Of a stretch of 64,000 bases of DNA, positions 47,981-62,319 are shown piece by piece. This DNA is from Carcharhinus longimanus. Its lineage: Eukaryota. The translations under genes and the position numbers were made by a program. Within the stretch, counting starts at the first letter, position 1, and the number at the start of each line of letters is the position of its first letter. The stretch spans positions 94,893,044 through 94,957,043 of the forward strand of contig JASCQW010000072.1 in assembly GCA_030264375.1 (NCBI GenBank). The letters are read 5' to 3'. Under the pieces are notes generated by a model, which saw nothing but the letters and a program-made list of their open reading frames with translations, ran no database searches and had not been told where the DNA came from.

Positions 47981-50900
47981 GGTATGTAGGTATTGTGCTC
48001 CGACAATCCAATATACAGAAGCTGCAAACATAAAAACATAGTTGCATTACCCGAAGCAACTTCATAGTATGCACTGAACGTACAGAAATTGAGATCCATA
48101 TTTCTCTCCTGAAACAAGGTGACAAATACAATGAAGTTCATTAGAAATGGGATGCCTCATGGACTACCGTAGAGAGAGACCAAAAAAGACCGTAAATATG
48201 ATAGTGAATAATAAAGCTAATGGGATAAATCAAAAGAACTTTCTTAAACCATAGAATGGTGAAAATGTGAAAATCATTTCCACAAGGACTTGTTGAGGTG
48301 CCTAGCATAGGTGCACTTATTGGAAAGCTGGAGAAATACATGTCAGACAATAGAAGGTTATACTGACATGGTTAGGCGAAGCATAAATATCACCAAGACA
48401 GGCTGGCAAGACCAAATGGTTTGTTTATACGCTCTATACTCAGTGCAATCGTACATGACGCAAGATCCCAATTATGTAGAAATACACTCCAGTTACGCAC
48501 GAGAGAAACCTAACAGTTAAAGCACTTAGTCAAACACAGAGTCCACTAGCACACCGCTGTGAACTACACAACAGAAAAGACACTTGAGGGAGCATGTGTT
48601 TTACCGCCGCATTTGACAGACAGGATCTACTGCACTAATGCGCACAAGATGAAATAATGCGCATGTTGCAATGACAGCAGCTTAACTTGTTAAGAATACA
48701 ATGTCACTAACGCGGTCCATATCAATCACTCCACAGAAACCATATGTGTAGACTTAATAATTCAGAAGCTTTTTTTTCTGGCATTTATTATCAGGGTCAA
48801 GATCAATACTTTAATAGTAACATCAATTTTGTTGACTTTAGTTATTGTCAGCGTGCTGGCATGTGCCATTACCACTGAACAGAAAGCAACAATACACCAA
48901 TAAGAAAACTGGGACATTTAATTGGAAATTCTTATACGTTAACTCAGTTTTGCAAAGGAAATCAATATTGATGAATGAGAGTGAACTCCTCAGGGATGAA
49001 ATAACATTCACAATTTATTGAAGTGGGTTTTAAGATTCATACCGTAAGGTATTCTGAAGAGGCAAATTGTACAATTTAAGGACACATACCCCTCCTGTCA
49101 ATTTCAGATCAGTGTTGTCAAACCAGGTACATAGCCGAATTGAGAATTTTATCAGACGCTGAGAGTGGTAGCTTGCTGGAAATTAACATTTGACGTCCTT
49201 TCCTTTAATTCCCTGGCTACATATAATCTAGTTGGTGAATAGCCGCTGTTATTGCACAATACCTGATCTGTGAGGTGCTGACTGGTTACAATAATGGTAA
49301 GAGGAGGGATACCTCAGGTGGTTTAATTTCCAGGTCAGATTAATGAATGAATTTACAGCACCAGTCCCCCGAGATCTCTGTTAAATACTTCATTTAAACA
49401 GAGGATATTCTGGTATGATTAGCTTTATTATTAATACAGTGTGTGAACATTCTATCAGCCTTTTTTTTTGTATACTTTATGGCACATTTGATTTAATTGA
49501 TGCAAGCAAGGTCCTGAATACCCTGGGTGCTAGGACCCCAAGAATATGGGATTTGGCTCTGTTACTGTCTTGAACCTGGAAGAGGTGATATGAATTAAGG
49601 AAAATACAATGATCATTGTCCAGAGACTGTTGGAGGAAAATGAGTCGGTATAGAAGATAGGACTGAGGACAATTATGATGGACGGAGATAGATTTGATGT
49701 ATTCCTGGGGGTTTGATCACATGACATGCTAACTGCAGACAGTTTTATTGCACTGAGCGTGAAGTGGAGCCAAATCGCACCAGTGCAAGTCAAAATTAGG
49801 GTTGTATTTGGAGTTGTGACCCTCCAATGAGGATTATTAATGCTCAAGTCACAGGGACTCCACTCTCCATAACATCATTACAATAACATTTGCAATGTGA
49901 TCAAAGCTCCAGGAATACATCCAACCCATCTGGGTTGCATCACAACTGTATCCGATCATATATCTATTTCTCTCCCTCTCTCGTTAGGCTCAGGTTGGTT
50001 TTACAGTTCTTTATGATGGTGGCAACTTTGTACTGGAAGCTTCATCATAGCTAACCTATACCTGGGCTTCACAAGTCAAAACCAAATCAGTGTCAATGAA
50101 AACCAAATTAAAGGATCATAAAGAAGAGCAACAGGAACTTTGAGGCACTTCTCATCCGGTACATTGTCCTAAACTCAGCTCAGCACCAACATATTTAAAC
50201 AATTCCCAAACATGGATTCAATAAACTACCCACAAAGAAATTATAGCATAAGAGGAGGCCTTTTGGGGCCCCCAGTACCTGTGGTCAGTGTTGGTAGTCT
50301 GTAATCTCTCCTACAACTCCATTCCCCACAGTTTGCAGCTTTCACTGATGCCTTCACTTAATGCTCAGAAATGATTCCAATTCATTCCTGGGTGGTCCTG
50401 GTTATTCTCATGCCCATCTCATTGTCCCGTGTGTCATTTCAACTCCTCCAACTCTCTCCATCTAACTTGCAGCTTGAGCCCTAATCCTCCAACCATCCCC
50501 ACTAGAGTGCTCATTTTTTTCTGTTCCCTCAATACCCCAACTCCAAAACTTGCTCATTCCCAGTCTCATTCTTCTTACCCAAGCTCCCGATCCTGACAAC
50601 TCCCCGGAAATTTTGTCTGGTCCTGACAAACCAGGTCAGTCCTGGGTTTCTGCAGTGACAGAAATGGGAGGAGTGGGGATGGTGGTTGCAAGTCAGATGG
50701 GTAAGGTAACAGCAATCTCTCCTAAAGCTGTCAAGGAGTTTGTGGATAACACAAAAACTATTAGGGTGGTAAATGGTGAGGATGATATCCTCCTGGAAAA
50801 TCTGGCTCTCAATGTACTGGGTGGGGCGGGGGGGGGGGGGGGGGGGGGGGGGCCGGGGGCGCNNNNNNNNNNNNNNNNNNNNNNNNNNNNNNNNNNNNNN

Positions 50901-51529
50901 NNNNNNNNNNNNNNNNNNNNNNNNNNNNNNNNNNNNNNNNNNNNNNNNNNNNNNNNNNNNNNTCCACCTGATCATTCTTGAGCAAGCCTCAAAACTGCAG
51001 TGAATTGATGGTGTGACAGCTCCTCGGCCTCTGTCAATGTACTGTATTCAGATGCTGGAAGAGCGTGATCTGAGCCTCTGTTCCTCTTGTCGTCACACTC
51101 CATGGTGAAGTTTTGGCTGACTTCCATTCAGCACCATTACCAAAAAACAGAATTCAGCAGAGTTTAGGGAAATGTACGCCTGCTGCCCTAACACAGAGCC
51201 AATGGCAAATTACTGTTCTTCAATCTACAATTATCATGAATGTCTCAATTCCTCTATTCACTGCTGAGCACAATGGACATCTTAACAATGGGACATATCA
51301 AGTTACTTCTCAAAGCATGACTACAGTTCTGAAGTACTCATCAGTCCTATCATTTCACTTAATTGACCCCAACATTTCCATAGCATTTTTACACTGACTA
51401 TGGAAATACACACTGAATGAGAATCTGATTTCAAAAGAATTATATAAAAGTAACCACATTGTGACTGATTCCTGGTATGCAATATGACTTGTCTACCAAT
51501 ATCCTGCACGCTTGTAGATGATCTGACAG

Positions 51530-52420
51530 CTTATCTTTATATAGCACCTTAACATAATGAAACATCCCAAAGCATTACACAGCAGCATTATAAAACAAAT
51601 AATGACACTGAGGCACACAAGGAAATGTTAGGTCAGTGTAGTAACTTGGCTCCACTAGTTATTAAAGAACATTTATTAACTGTAACAACTATATACTGAA
51701 CAATGCAGATTCAATGCTTGCAGTCATGTTTCCAGGACCTAACTGCTGGGACAAGCCACGACAAGTTGGAGTGAAGCCCCCAACTTGGTCAGCCCGGATC
51801 ATGCAACCTTTTCAGAAGGTCACTCCTCAAAAGGGGTCAGACACCACAGTCACATGTCCAAATGTTTCAAACAAGTAGGTTTAATACATGTCCTCAAGGG
51901 AGAAGGAGAGACAAACAGGTATAGTAAAAGTATTCCAGAATGCACAGTCTGCACAACTGAAGACATGGTCACCAACAATGGATCAATTTAAATGGGGGTA
52001 ATGCAAGATGCCAGAATTAGACGTGTGCAGATGTCTGAGAGGTTTCTGAGGCTAGAGGAGACTACAGAGATTGGGGCTAGACAAGGCCATAGAGGGATGT
52101 GAAAACAAGGATGAGAATTTTAAAATTAAGATGTTCTTTGACCAGGATATAGGTTAGTGAGCACAGGGGTGCCCTGAGAACATGACCTGTTGAGCATTAC
52201 CACACTGTCAGCAAAGTTTCAAGTGGGTATAATACGGGAAACCAACCAGAACAGCATTGAAACAGTCTAATCTAGAGGTAGCAAATGCACGAATGAAGGT
52301 TTCAGTAACTGATAAACTGAGACAGCGTTGACGTAATGTTCTGGAGATAAAAATAGGTGGCCTTAAGTGATAGCAAAAGCTCATCTTGGGATTAAATGCA
52401 ACACCAAATTTGATATTCAT
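51530..52420 (-). mobile_element. L2 LINE 3' part
   Basis: LSLSVTETFIRAFATSRLDCFNAVLVGFP; TTTATATAGCACCTT tail. Confidence 0.85.
51637..51848 (-). mobile_element. 212-bp solo LTR inserted in L2
   Basis: TGTAGT...ACCACA inverted termini, flanks GTCAG/GTCAC (5-bp TSD with one mismatch), TTTATT (AATAAA on minus). Confidence 0.65.
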
Positions 52421-53174
52421 AATTAATTCATCATGCACAAGAGAAAGTCATGGTGAAATATTCTTGTCCTGGAATAAAAGAATTATATTGTTCCCTGTNN
52501 NNATCACATCTTGTTTTGGCTGGCATTTGATCAACAGGCAGTGAAATGCAAACACTCAACATATCCCAGATAAGCTTTTATCACTTTTCTGCCAATAATG
52601 AAGGCAAAGTGTGCCCAGAGAACACAGACATAACAAAGCAAATTTCTGTACATCTCTCAAACTTTGCTCTGAAAATAACATGTTGCATTGCGGTATCAAC
52701 TGCAGAAACTAAAAAGCCTTAAACATTAAAAATATGGCATATTATAATGTTTGAACACAGTCATTTAGAATGTAACATTTGAAATGTTCGTTGAAGACTG
52801 AATTAATCCCATCTTTTACATGCTCCCATTTCAAATGGAAACCATGCTGACACTCAACCAAAGCTCATTGACAAAGAATGTCCGCTTGAGAGCGAAATGC
52901 TAAAGGACTGGAATCGGCAAGGTGGTGGTTCACCATCTTCAACAGGGATGGGAATAAAATTCTCAAAAATATTTCAAATCAAATAGAAAATGTACAGTGG
53001 TCAGAATTTCCTAATATCACAACAAGAAAATACTTCTTTGAGACTGGGAGAGAGGAAAAAAGGGGAGAGAGGGTAGAAAACAGAAAGAAAGGGGATAATA
53101 GAGGAGGACGACGAGGAGGAGAAAGAGAATGCGTACAATCTGGAAGTAGCAGGTGGGAAAAACTTGGGAGATCA

Positions 53175-54150
53175 AATGTCAAGGGTAATTATACAAGTAA
53201 TGGCAGGACCCTGAACAGCATTGATGGGCAGAGGAATCTTAGGGTTCAAGCCTAAAGCTCCCTGAAAGTGGCCACATAAGTAAATAGGGTGGTAAAGAAG
53301 GCATATGGCATATCTGCATACAAGAATCAGGATTTCATGTTGCAGCTTTATAAAACTTCAGTTAGGCTGCACATATTGCATCCGATTCTGGTCACCAAAG
53401 ACTCCACATCCTTCCTGTAATGTGGAGATTGTGCAAAAGAGGTTGCCTGAAGGAGAGAGTATGAGCTAGGAGGAGAGGCTGGACAAATTAGGGTTGTTTT
53501 CTCTGGAGCAGCGAAAGCTAAACAGAGATCTGATAGAAATCTATTAAATTATGAGAGGTGTCAGGATCTTTTTCCCCAGCATCGAAATATCTAATACCGG
53601 GAGGGGGAGGATGCACTTTAGGTGAGGCGGAAAGTTCAAAAGAGATGTGATAGGTGGTAGGTGACTGGAGCATGCTGCCAGGGGTGGCGGTGGTGGCAGA
53701 CACGATAGGGGTGTTTAAGGGACTTTTAGGTAAACACATGAATATGCAAGGAAGAAAGGGATATTGACCATGGGAGGGCAGAAAGAATTAGTTCAATTTG
53801 GCATCACGTTCTACACAACAGCATGAGTGAAGGACCTGTTTCTGTGCTGTACTGTTCTATGTTCCCTTTGGTGAAAGGATTGGGAACAGGAGGGCATAGA
53901 TTTAAGGTAGTTGGCAAAAGAAACAACGGCAGCATAAATAAAAACCCTTTTACACCGTGAGTAGTTAGTGTCAGGCAGTGCAGAACCTGTGATAGACACA
54001 AGTTCAATCATGGCGTTTAAGACATAATGGATCATCTGAAAAGGAAGATGTACAGAGCTAAGAGGAGGCGGCAGGGGAGTGGCACCATTACCGAGAGCGA
54101 GCATAGGCATGACAGGCCAAGTGGCCTCCTCCTGTGCAATAACACCGCTC
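53175..54150 (+). mobile_element. Two tandem CR1 3' fragments
   Basis: VNRVVKKAYG, EERLDKLGLFSLEQRKL; tails ending near 53860 and 54150. Confidence 0.8.
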
Positions 54151-54265
54151 TGATTATGCAACAGGNNNNNNNNNNNNNNNNNNNNNNNNNNNNNNNNNNN
54201 NNNNNNNNNNNNNNNNNNNNNNNNNNNNNNNNNNNNNNNNNNNNNNNNNNNNNNNNNNNNNNNNN

Positions 54266-54281
54266 GAGAGAGAGACAGAGA

Positions 54282-54340
<59 letters not shown>
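54266..54340 (+). repeat. (GA)n microsatellite at gap edge
   Basis: Direct observation. Confidence 0.95.
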
Positions 54341-54346
<6 letters not shown>

Positions 54347-55934
54347 AAAAAAAACAGGGTAGAGAGAGGGGGAGAAAAGTAAAGCCACACAAGCTTTGCT
54401 CATGTGATGTAGGACATTATGTAAACCACAGTTGTATTCCAACCACAAGACACCACGCAAACTGACTGATATTGAGTTATAGGTTTGAACACTGAAGTTT
54501 TAATCGCAGGTCACAACACATTTGTCATGTGAAAATGCTGTCACGATCAACTTCTATAAAGCTTTTTTAAAACTCATGAAAAAGACTTGCAAGCTGAGGG
54601 TTCTTAATCAACAACACTCCTTCAAGAAAGTAAGCAGTCACTCTATCCTCGTAGTGTAATCTACTATGTAGAAAAGTCATGAATAGGCTATCCATATAAA
54701 TCCAAGTTATTTTATCTTGCATACAAGAAAATAAAGCCTGCATGGTCTTCAGTGCAGTTGTAACATTGCTTATGGCAAACTTCTTTTTGACATGAGGACA
54801 GGTTACTGATAACTGTGTAGCTACAAAACCCAACATTCCTTTTAAAGGCTTTACAATGAGTCCTGGTTAATGTCCATTTAAACCAGTATCCAGAAAATCT
54901 AAAGTGTCCCTGATAAAGCAGGAGTGAGTATGACCATCTGTCACAGAATCTGGAGAGCACTAAAGGTGGAGGTCATTTCAAGGTTAATTTCTTTAAAAAT
55001 AAATGTCAAACTTCCAGCTGTAAAGTAGACATGCCAGGATTACGGTCTTATCGTAAAATATACTAGCCTACTGTAAATAACAAAAGCACCTTATTTCTAG
55101 AATCTGCCATGTAAAATGAATAAATAGAGCAGCACTAATTATAAGAGTTTACATATCCAGACAAGCTATAATCAGCATATCATAACAAGAGTGTAAATGG
55201 AAAGACCAAACTGGAAACATAGCTCATAGTTTTAGGATGTGTGTGGGAGGGAGGGGAAAGAGGGAAGAAGTGACAGAGAAGTGATGGAATGTGGATTTGT
55301 GTGTGCAATTCTCATCCTCCACCCACTGAGAACCTGACCCTGAGCTGCATAGTTAAGGAGAAGCACAAAACAGAAATTGCCGCGTCCTCATCCCACACTT
55401 ATGCACCACGTGTGTTATTCGAGAAGATGAGAAGCAGCCTGGGAGCAGATTGTCCAGTGGACACCCTTTGCCATGGATGGTTCATAGGGTGGAGAAATCC
55501 AAGTGACAAAAGAGTGATGTGTTTTATTATGAATTCTGACATATCTCCGAGATATTTGGCATACGATCTAAGCACTTCTGTTCCACTCTTCTGAAGAGGT
55601 GATTTATGATCAAGCATAGCCCTCTTCTGAGCAACATGCAGCAAAAGTCAGGCTGGCAACATTCAGGACAAATAACTTCTATATTGTTGCTTTTGACATT
55701 TCTATCTATTTATATGCAATGGGTCTTGCTCCTCTCCCCATTATGCAGGATTCCTGCAAGACCTTGTCACCATGCTATACTTATTCCTATTATGACTTCT
55801 GTCTTTGCATTCTTTTAATACCAACATTTAAAATGACCTAATCCTTTAACCATAGAAAATGCACACTCCTGGATTACCTTGTTCACCCGTTATAGATAGA
55901 CACCTAGAAATATTATGTATAATAATGAACCCCG

Positions 55935-56770
55935 ATTTCAAAAAGAAAAACCTTGCTTGATGATAAATGTTGAATTTTTTGAGGTTATACAAAGAGTAGA
56001 CAAGTGGTAGTACAGTAGATGTAATATATCTGGACTTTCTAAAGGCTTTCACAGTAAGGTGACGCATAATAGACTAATCAATAGGGGCAGAGAATGTGAA
56101 GTCAGAAGACAACTGGCGAACTGAAAATAGAGAGTGGTAATTAAAGGGCAATTATTTAGAGTGGTAGATGATTGGAAGTGATGTTCTCCAAGGATATATG
56201 CTGGGTCTAGTGTTCCCAATTTACTTCAATGATTTGAACTTTGGAATCAAAAAGACAATTTCTAAATTTGCAAAGGGCACCAAGTTGGGGGTGGTTAGGG
56301 AGGGTTGTCAATGATGAGGAGGACTGCACCAAACTACAAGGCGGCATGAATAATCTTGCAGAATGGACAAATGAAGTTCAATACAGATAAACGTGAGGTA
56401 ACACATTTTGGTGAGAATCATCAAAAAGTCACTTATTACTGAGGCACAGGTCTAGGTGTGACAGAAGAACGAAAGGGATCAAAGTACAAATGCATCAATC
56501 ATTAGAAGTTGTGCCATGATCATAAAGCAAACCAAGCACTCAACTTTGTTTCTAGAGGGATAGAATTGCAAAGTAGGAAAGGAATGCTAAACATGCATTG
56601 ATCTTTCTTCAGACCACATTTAGGGTACTGTATTCAGTTCTGGTTGTCACACTATACACAAGATGTAGAGGTGCTCGAGAGGATGCAGAGAAGATTTACA
56701 GGGATGATACAAGAAATGCATGGGTATACATCAGAAAATAATTAACAGAATGGTTTCTTCTCTTGAAGGT
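55935..56770 (+). mobile_element. Old CR1 RT fragment
   Basis: VDVIYLDFLKAF, SKFAKGTKLG, RPHLGYCIQFWLSHYTQDVEVLERMQRRFTGMI. Confidence 0.85.
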
Positions 56771-57044
56771 AACCTAATAGGACTGATTGAAGCACATAGC
56801 ATAGAGAACAGGAAAATATCTGAGGGAGAAGATAATAGATACTATAATGTTAGATTTAGCTGAGAAAAATGGGAGGAGGCTCAAGTGGAAGATAAACACC
56901 TGCATGGACCAGTTAGACCAAGCAGTCTTTTCTATGCCGAATAGCCAATGTAAAAGCTTTAGGTCTGGAAAGATTTTGTCATTCATACTCATCCTACGAC
57001 TGGATAAGTTGTTGTGGTTTGCTTGAGAGAGACACTGTCAACAT

Positions 57045-57590
57045 CCTTGGGGTTAATATTGACCCAAAGCTGAACCGGACTGGCCATAAAAATACTGTGG
57101 CTACAACAGCCAGTCAGAGACTGGGAATCTAGCAGGAAGTAACTCACCTCCCAACTCCCCAAAGTCTATCTTCCATCTACAAGGCACAAGCCCATCCATA
57201 AACATTCATTCCCTTCACCACTGATGCACAGTGGAAGCAGAGAGTGTATCATCTACAAAATGCACTGCAGGAACTCATCAAGGCTTCTTCGCCAATACGT
57301 TCCAAACCAAAGACTGCTACCACCGAGAAGGACAAGGGCAGTGGATACCTGAGAACACCACAATCTGCAAGTTCCTCTCTAAACCACTCACCATCCTAAC
57401 TTGGAAGTATATTGCCATTCTTTTGTTGATCGCAGGATCAAGGTCCTGGAAGCCCCTCCCTTATAGCACTATGGGTGTACCTACACCACATGGACTGCAG
57501 ATACTCAAGAAGGCAGCTCATCACCACTTTAATCAAAGAAAATTAGGGATGCTAGTATAATTAAAAATGGAAACATCCTGTGAAAGAATG
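57045..57590 (+). mobile_element. CR1-clade family 2, 3' part
   Basis: NILGVNIDPKLNRTGH..TPQSLSSIYKAQ; ENTTICKFLSKPLTILTWKYIA. Confidence 0.8.
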
Positions 57591-59741
57591 AAAAAGAAAC
57601 AGATGCACTGCGTGATATGTGAAGGCACTTATACAATATGTAAGTGATGTTTCAAGGGATAATCTGCTTAACACCAGGTCGCAATGTAGATCTGTAATTT
57701 TTTGTGTTTCCTAACTTTGGCACTGAGGAGGGACCCTATGCCAAATGGACCTCATCTGTTTGGTCATTTAGTAAAAATTGCATCACTAAAATTGAGAGTC
57801 ACAGGTTAGTGACTAAAGAAGCAGAAAACTTCAATCATCTGCATAGTTCTTTACTTCCACTTTCCTACAATCTTAGTTCAAGAAATTGTAATGTGATCTT
57901 TAGCATATGTCCACTTTAGATGCAAAAGGACAATATCAATGTGGTAAAATCATTCACATATTTTTAATTTTATAGCTGCACTTGAACTGAAAAAGGTCAG
58001 GTTGCACTGGGATCATTCACCTTCCAATCACAATCATGTTAAAATATTCCCATTTTATTTTTAAAAACAGACAAGCTCCCATCAAATTCTGAAGAAAAAA
58101 ACTATATTTCTTTTTGGAACTGGGATAATCAATTCAGTAAATTATGGTCATTGCACCAAAGTGCTGCATGCAAATGAATCCTACCAGCAAACTGATAAGA
58201 TCCACAATATGTAATTTTATGAAACAGAAACTATATTAGCTTTGCTCAAATTGCCAATGAAATATGCATCACGTTTTCATGCATAGTTTGGGTGAATTAT
58301 CAAAGAAACCGGCACCTACAATTCAATTATATATAAAACCTGCCAGAATCATGTCATTATACATTTGATACCTTTTAGTGTCAGCGAGTTACAGAAACCC
58401 TATTCTTAGGAAAAAAAATACTTCCCTTTTCCCCAGAAGTCATTCATGCTTATACTTTCAAAATGGTCTTTCTGGACAGGACATTTTTCATTCAAGCTTA
58501 CATAGTACCAAACAGCAGCTATTGCACCATGTAGGCATCATAGCTTACTCTCACTGGACAAGCACATCAGAGAAGTACTTTCTGTTAGCAGTTATTGGAT
58601 AGCCAATGGGAACCCTGGATAATTTAACTGTGGTCTAGCAGCAGGACAAGAGAGTTCATTGTAGCATTCATATCCCTGCCCCCACTGAGATAAGGTGACT
58701 CATATAGATTGGGAATTAAACCTTGTACCATCATGATCCGTACAGCTTAATAGCACATCAGGAAATTTATCATTTGACTAGTCTATTAATATCACAAAGT
58801 AAAAATCCATCAGTGTCAAACCTTTGTAACATCAGCATAATAAAACTGACGCATGGCTCTCTAAATTCCAAACAAAAAACTGAATACTTTGTGAAGTTCA
58901 AACTCAAATGATATTGAAGCTCATTACTCTCTCAATTTTAAGGTGAATTTAACAACGGTTAGAAACTATCTCCTCTCCGCCAACTGTTTCAAAATGAGTG
59001 GCTGTGAGGTCCTAGGATTTTGGGGCTGTTCTGACAAATGTGCTATCCTTACAGCTCAATGAACAGCAGTTTTTTTTCACTGCAATAGTTTTGCTCCAAA
59101 ACTGAGAAAAAAGGATTTATGTAGAGGAAAACATAACTTAAGTATTTTCATAGATTTAATGTCAAAATCCAGACATGCCAGGGGGGAAAGCAAGTTCCTC
59201 ATGATCAAACAATGCATTTCAGCTCAGAGGAAATGTTTCAATTATACTTTCCCCCCCTGATTTTCTCCTTTGCCCAAGATGTCAATTTGTGCTGGAATTC
59301 TGTTCCGCTGGCACTGCCTGAGCTCAAACACCCCAACCAAGTAGCCATCCTGTTCATCAGCTTACAGATTTAGTGTTAAGTTATTCACCAGTGAAGAGCT
59401 CCAGCTATCTTCTTCATGCAAGCGCAGTCCAACAAGAATTGCCAGAAAACAATAAAGGCTAGGAACCTAAAACTAACTGTTATACCCCTCTCTCTAACTC
59501 AGCAAAGATCCAACAACTTAGCACAGACCAGGAAAGAACTGAAACCCCATTCCCATGAGGTGTACAATAAGTTTCACGCTGGTTAATGCTTTTAACTCAC
59601 GAAGCCACTTGGGACTGTGAATGTAATCTACCATAAGCAATGGAAAGAGGACTATTCTAAATCAACAGTTATATTTCAGGATTAACCATTTTTTCCCCCC
59701 CCCACAGTAAGGATTTGCAAAACTAAAGTTACATTTAAGGC

Positions 59742-60040
59742 CAAAAAGCAAAATACTGCAGCTCCTGTAAATCTGAAACAAAACAAATGACTGGCAACAT
59801 TTGGTAGAAAGAGACAATTGCAATAATTAAACATCATACAGTTACTTTTGTTTTTCTTTCTGTGTGGCTGTTATATATGTCTTCCCACCCTTTCTTCCCC
59901 TTGTTCTATTCTAGACTAAATACTGTTCACTTTTTAAAACACCTTTCAGCGTAGAGTTTATTCCCAAAACATCAGCCGACTTCTTAACAAGTGCTGCCTG
60001 ACCAGCTCAGTATCCCTAGCACTTCTTGTTCTAGTTTATG
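59742..60040. mobile_element. Penelope-like terminal repeats in inverted arrangement (very decayed)
   Basis: AAAAGCAAAATACTGCAG..AATCTGAAAC arm and opposite TGCTGCCTGACCAGCTCAGTATCCCTAGCAC arm. Confidence 0.55.
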
Positions 60041-60394
60041 CTTTAACGCAAAGCACATTCCTCCACATGTAAAGAGGGTACAGAGGGATGAAAGATGGTT
60101 AATAGGAATGATGTTTTCAAGCTGCTTGCCCTAAAACTGTGAACATTAAATGACTTCATTAGCCTGTTCAGTAATTAATAGGTACCTTAACACAACTGTG
60201 CTGTGAAGTCCATTCTCCTGCACCCTCAGCAGCAATTAATAGCCTGGCATAAACCTTCCACTGGAGTTACAAAGGCAAGATAGATTATAACAAAAGAGGG
60301 AGCAGGCAGTCAGAGTTTTAAAAATAGCAGTTGTGAGGGCACATTTTCACCAGGCTCTGAGGTTTAGCAGGTGTAAGAATCATATAGTTAATGA

Positions 60395-62090
60395 ATACAA
60401 GAGGAGGCCATTCAGCCCAATATCACAAGAGCTTGTGCTAGTTCTTTAGTCCCAAACCAATCTTCTTTCCCTGCAGAGTACGAAAGACGTGCTGGTTAGG
60501 TGCATTAACTGTGCTAAATTCTCCCTCAGCGTACTTGAACAGGCACCTGAGTATGGAGACTAGGAGATTTTCACAGTAACTTAATTGCAGTGTTAATGCA
60601 AGTTTACTTGTGACTAATAAATAAATTTTACTTTTTAAAAAAAACTTTAAACCTTTCTTCAATTCCTTTTTGAAATTTATGATGAAATTGGTTCCAACAT
60701 CCTCTCAGGCTGTGCCATCCAGATCAGAACAACTTGTTATGTTAATATGGTTTTTTTCATGCTCTTTTGCTTAAATCAGTGCCTTTTAGTTACTAGTTCT
60801 TCTGTTATTGGAATTAGAAGATTCTTATTCTTCATTCAAAATCCTTCAAGATTTTCAACACCTTCTCTGTTGAAAGATTAAACTCCTAGTTTCTCCAGGC
60901 CTTCCCGTCAACTGAATTCTTTCATTCATAGAGCTATTCTAGTGAATCGCCGCTCTCAATCTGCTCTGTACCGTCGTAAAGGCCTTAACAAGTTTTTAAA
61001 ACTGTGGTGCTTAAAACTCCAGCCACGACCCGAATCATACAAGTTGTTATATAGGTTTAGTAATAACATCCCAACTTGCGTACTGTATAACTTCAATGTT
61101 AAAGTCAAGGATCACATGTTCTTTATTAACAGTCTTAAACTTATCCTGCCTTGTGTACATACGCGCGTGTATACACATCTTGTATCCCCTTTAACATTGT
61201 ACCGTTTAACTTGTTTGCCTTGCCTCATTTTTCATACTAAAAATAAATCACATATTTCTTGAAATTAAATGTCATCTGCATGTGTCTGNNNNNNNNNNNN
61301 NNNNNNNNNNNNNNNNNNNNNNNNNNNNNNNNNNNNNNNNNNNNNNNNNNNNNNNNNNNNNNNNNNNNNNNNNNNNNNNNNNNNNNNNTCTGCTCATTTC
61401 TCCAGTCAGTCACTGATCTCTTGAAGTTTTCATGTCACCTTCAAACCAAGTCCAAGTCATTAATTTAAGTGAAGTTATCAGAGTGACTGAAATATTTCCA
61501 TAAGCTTGCCCACCACTGATATTGGCCTGCAATTGTTGGGTTCATGAAGAGCAATGTGTTATTTGCAAGTATCCAGGCCTCCGGCACCACTTCCTGAACG
61601 AGCAAAGATTGGAAGATTGTAGCTGGAGCTTCCATAATGTCCACCCTTACTTTCTTCAACAGTCTAGATTTTATCACGTGGACCAGGCAACTCTTCTATT
61701 GATTCTGTCTATATGTACCTCCTCTTTATTGTTATCTCATTCAGTTTCTCCATTTCCCCTCTTCCTCCTTGACTGTGACACTGCATCTCCCTTCACCAAA
61801 GGGTATGATGTTTGGTGATAGTACCCTTTTCATATCTCGACATGACAGACAGTCTAATTCTTGATCCTTAATTGGCCTCCACTCTTCCATTTAATGTCAC
61901 CTGCTAAACTATTGTCATGTATTCTTTGACCCTCGTCTTTCCTTTTTCAGTTAACCTGCACTTTTTCTATTGAGCTTGGCTCTGTAATGGATTAATCGTC
62001 ATAAGCCTGGTTTTTCTGTTTCATTTTATCCTCTATATCTATAGTCTTTAACAGACCTGCAGTTTGGATCCCCTATCTCCCCTTTCATGA
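60395..62090 (-). mobile_element. Very old CR1 relic (spans a gap)
   Basis: GGAGGCCATTCAGCCC tail; SRLLKKVRVDIMEAPATIFQSLLVQEVVPEAWILAN. Confidence 0.6.
60481..60635 (+). mobile_element. 5'-truncated V-SINE, alternative-tail variant
   Basis: GAAAGACGTGCTGGTTAGGTGCATT..TTTTCACAGTAAC..TTGTGACTAATAAATAAA. Confidence 0.85.
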
Positions 62091-62319
62091 TCTCTCTTCT
62101 TTTAAAGAAACAAGGTTAGAGGAGGTTCGAGTTGGTAGGAGTGAGTTCATGAAAGGATGAAAAGAGGTGAATGAAAATGTTAAATCGAAGATATCAGAGT
62201 ACTGGCTCAATTGCCATCATGAGCACAACATTGACAAATGAGCAGTGTAGGATATGAGCTGCGGAAATATGAAGGTGAATGTGGAGGATGCGAGTCTGAC
62301 CATGAGTACTGTAATTTGA

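Noticed and set aside
50819-50862. Poly-G G-quadruplex candidate (also 34516-34550)
   Set aside because: Simple homopolymer runs, one at a gap edge; length is unreliable and there is no functional context
54567-54836. 89-aa minus ORF in unique sequence
   Set aside because: No recognisable homology or convincing exon boundaries; length is compatible with chance
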